Below are positions 61,929 through 64,000 of a stretch of 64,000 nucleotides of DNA, in pieces; the first letter of the stretch is position 1; each line of letters starts with the position of its first letter. The notes under the pieces are model-generated. The model was not told where the DNA came from, made no database searches, and was given only the letters and a program-made list of their open reading frames with translations. The position numbers and the translations under genes are program-made. Source of the stretch: Escherichia coli (lineage in GTDB: Bacteria; Pseudomonadota; Gammaproteobacteria; Enterobacterales; Enterobacteriaceae); assembly GCF_045037415.1 (NCBI RefSeq), contig NZ_CP173438.1; one strand, 5' to 3'.

Positions 61929-63286
61929 TGAAAAGATTATCTATAACCGTCCGTTTAACCTTGCTTTTTATATTTCTGCTGTCTGTTGCTGGCGCTGGAA
62001 TTGTATGGACTCTCTATAATGGCCTGGCAAGTGAGTTGAAATGGCGCGATGATACAACACTCATTAACCGGACAGCGCAGATCAAGCAGTTGTTAATTGA
62101 TGGGGTAAATCCAGATACATTACCTGTCTATTTTAACCGGATGATGGATGTTAGTCAGGATATCTTGATCATTCATGGTGATGGCATCAATAAAATTGTT
62201 AACCGGACAAATGTCAGTGATGACATGTTAAATAACATACCTGCTAGTGAGACAATCAGCGCAGCAGGCATTTACAGAAGCATTATTAATGATACAGAGA
62301 TAGATGCTTTACGAATTAACATTGATGAAGTTTCGCCATCATTAACGGTTACTGTGGCTAAATTGGCTTCAGCCAGACATAATATGCTTGAACAGTATAA
62401 AATTAATAGCATTATAATTTGCATTGTCGTCATTGTATTGTGCTCATTATTAAGTCCGTTGTTAATCAGAACGGGGTTGCGAGAGATCAAAAAGTTGAGT
62501 GGCGTAACGGAAGCGCTGAATTATAACGATAGCCGAGTGCCGGTTGAGGTTAACGCATTACCGAGAGAACTAAAACCTCTTGGGCAGGCGTTGAATAAAA
62601 TGCATCATGCTTTAGTCAAAGATTTTGAGCGCCTTAGTCAATTTGCTGACGATCTCGCTCATGAACTTAGAACGCCAATTAATGCATTACTGGGTCAGAA
62701 TCAGGTTACGCTCAGTCAAACCAGAAGTATCGCTGAATATCAAAAAACAATTGCCGGAAACATCGAAGAGCTGGAAAATATTTCGCGGTTAACAGAGAAT
62801 ATACTGTTTCTTGCCAGGGCAGACAAAAACAATGTTTTGGTGAAACTGGATTCGCTTTCTCTCAATAAGGAAGTTGAAAATCTTTTGGACTATCTTGAAT
62901 ATCTTTCAGACGAGAAAGAGATTTGCTTTAAGGTCAAGTGCAATCAACAAATCTTTGCGGATAAAATTTTACTGCAACGAATGTTATCGAATCTTATTGT
63001 TAACGCCATTCGATATTCACCAGAAAAATCGCGTATTCATATAACCAGTTTTCTTGATGCCAACGGTTCTCTTAATATTGATATCGCCAGTCCTGGAACG
63101 AAAATTAATGAGCCTGAAAAACTCTTCCGTAGATTTTGGCGGGGAGATAATTCGCGTCATTCCGTAGGTCAGGGACTTGGCCTTTCTTTAGTCAAAGCGA
63201 TTGCCGAATTACATGGAGGAAGTGCTACGTATCACTATCTCAGTAAGCATAACGTGTTCCGAATTACGTTACCGCAAAGAAATTAA
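61928..63286 (+). CDS. hprS: Two-component sensor histidine kinase
   Basis: 452 aa; two TM segments, H-box LAHELRTP, ATPase motifs. Confidence 0.85.
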   Translation: MKRLSITVRLTLLFIFLLSVAGAGIVWTLYNGLASELKWRDDTTLINRTAQIKQLLIDGVNPDTLPVYFNRMMDVSQDILIIHGDGINKIVNRTNVSDDMLNNIPASETISAAGIYRSIINDTEIDALRINIDEVSPSLTVTVAKLASARHNMLEQYKINSIIICIVVIVLCSLLSPLLIRTGLREIKKLSGVTEALNYNDSRVPVEVNALPRELKPLGQALNKMHHALVKDFERLSQFADDLAHELRTPINALLGQNQVTLSQTRSIAEYQKTIAGNIEELENISRLTENILFLARADKNNVLVKLDSLSLNKEVENLLDYLEYLSDEKEICFKVKCNQQIFADKILLQRMLSNLIVNAIRYSPEKSRIHITSFLDANGSLNIDIASPGTKINEPEKLFRRFWRGDNSRHSVGQGLGLSLVKAIAELHGGSATYHYLSKHNVFRITLPQRN

Positions 63287-63320
63287 CATCGGGCTTCAGT
63301 ACGCCATAAGTTAACCGTGA

Positions 63321-63358
63321 AAAAACGCAGCCACGTCGTGAGTATTAACGTGGCTGCG
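63321..63358 (-). terminator. Hairpin terminator between convergent hprS and hchA
   Basis: CGCAGCCACG...CGTGGCTGCG 10-bp stem flanked by A-run on plus strand. Confidence 0.45.
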
Positions 63359-63393
63359 ATTGATTATGCGCTTACATTACAATGTAACAGGGA

Positions 63394-64000
63394 TTAACTC
63401 GCGTAAGCTGCCAGCATTTCCTGCGCCGCCAGTTTACCCAACGCATTCGCTGCAAAAGGACTGTCGCCGGTGAGAAGTTTACGGTCCTTATGTACTCGCC
63501 CGGTGATGTCGTCATTAATGATGTTCATGCCCATTTTCTTCAACTCTTCGCCGAAGTACCAGGTGAGATGACCCGGCATATAGCCAATATCTGGCGTTTG
63601 TTTGTCTGCGGCGTCTGGGAATGCGCAAATAGAATAACCATTCAGTGGGTTATCGCTGTGGCGAAGTGCCAGAAAAGCTGCCGGACCGTGGCAAAGGGAG
63701 ATAACAAAACGGTCATTTTTGATTGCCCACTGTAAAGCGGCAGCCACGTCCTGGCTTTCTGGTAAACCAATAAGTGCGCCATGCCCACCAGGAACAAAGA
63801 TTGCTGCATATTCGCTATCAGCGTTGAGGCTGGCGACAACATCCGCGAGTTTCTTCGGATTACGGAATAACGATTTATGCTGTTCAAAGAATGGCATTAC
63901 TTTTTCATCTTTGTGCGGCATAGCCCAGTATTCAAACTTGGTCATCAGACCGGAAATGGTCGCCACTTCGAATTCGAAACCTGCAGCATGGAGATGATAC
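63394..64000 (-). CDS. hchA: Hsp31 glyoxalase/chaperone, C-terminal part; start lies beyond window end
   Basis: Minus-strand frame open to window edge; DJ-1/PfpI-type region with catalytic Cys context (ISLCHGPAAF). Confidence 0.8.
   Translation of the reverse strand, partial: YHLHAAGFEFEVATISGLMTKFEYWAMPHKDEKVMPFFEQHKSLFRNPKKLADVVASLNADSEYAAIFVPGGHGALIGLPESQDVAAALQWAIKNDRFVISLCHGPAAFLALRHSDNPLNGYSICAFPDAADKQTPDIGYMPGHLTWYFGEELKKMGMNIINDDITGRVHKDRKLLTGDSPFAANALGKLAAQEMLAAYAS

Noticed and set aside
63372-63387. Palindrome TTACATT-AC-AATGTAA just past the hchA stop, resembling the hiuH-hprR box half-sites
   Set aside because: It sits between convergent gene ends rather than in a promoter, so a regulatory role is not supported; more likely part of the terminator region.

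Overview
The window reads as an Escherichia coli-type chromosomal segment carrying three horizontally acquired elements in a conserved backbone (mtfA, zinT, msrQP, hiuH, hprRS, hchA). (1) Positions 1-14773 are the right arm of the yersiniabactin High-Pathogenicity Island: the 5' part of irp2 (runs off the window edge, so absent from the ORF track), ybtA, ybtPQXS, a P4-like integrase and tRNA-Asn, with Fur-box-like sites. (2) A ~40-kb mosaic prophage (15793-55948) is integrated in the 3' half of a serU-like tRNA-Ser, bounded by 63-bp imperfect direct repeats. It carries integrase/excisionase, a large exonuclease, Rha antirepressor, a divergent repressor/Cro immunity region with TTAG-N6-CTAA operators, replication genes, a hok-type type I toxin, a Q-like gene with late terminator, lambda-like lysis genes (R and Rz nearly identical to lambda), HNH plus terminase, an HK97-like head module and a Mu-like contractile tail module. 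(3) An IS3-family element (IS1397-like, 57478-58910) sits inside a REP palindrome with a 3-bp target duplication. The best candidates for an undescribed accessory or defence function are three low-GC morons in the late region: a 463-aa P-loop NTPase between the Q-like gene and the lysis cassette, a 202-aa protein after Rz, and a secreted 173-aa protein inside the tail operon. Other points worth a second look are a non-canonical anticodon stem-loop in the tRNA-Ser, a frameshift splitting the tail sheath gene, a canonical -1 frameshift site in the tail chaperone, an in-frame A8 run fusing the transposase, and an ORF-poor structured segment upstream of rha. All protein identifications are from motif and family recall by eye; no database search was run.
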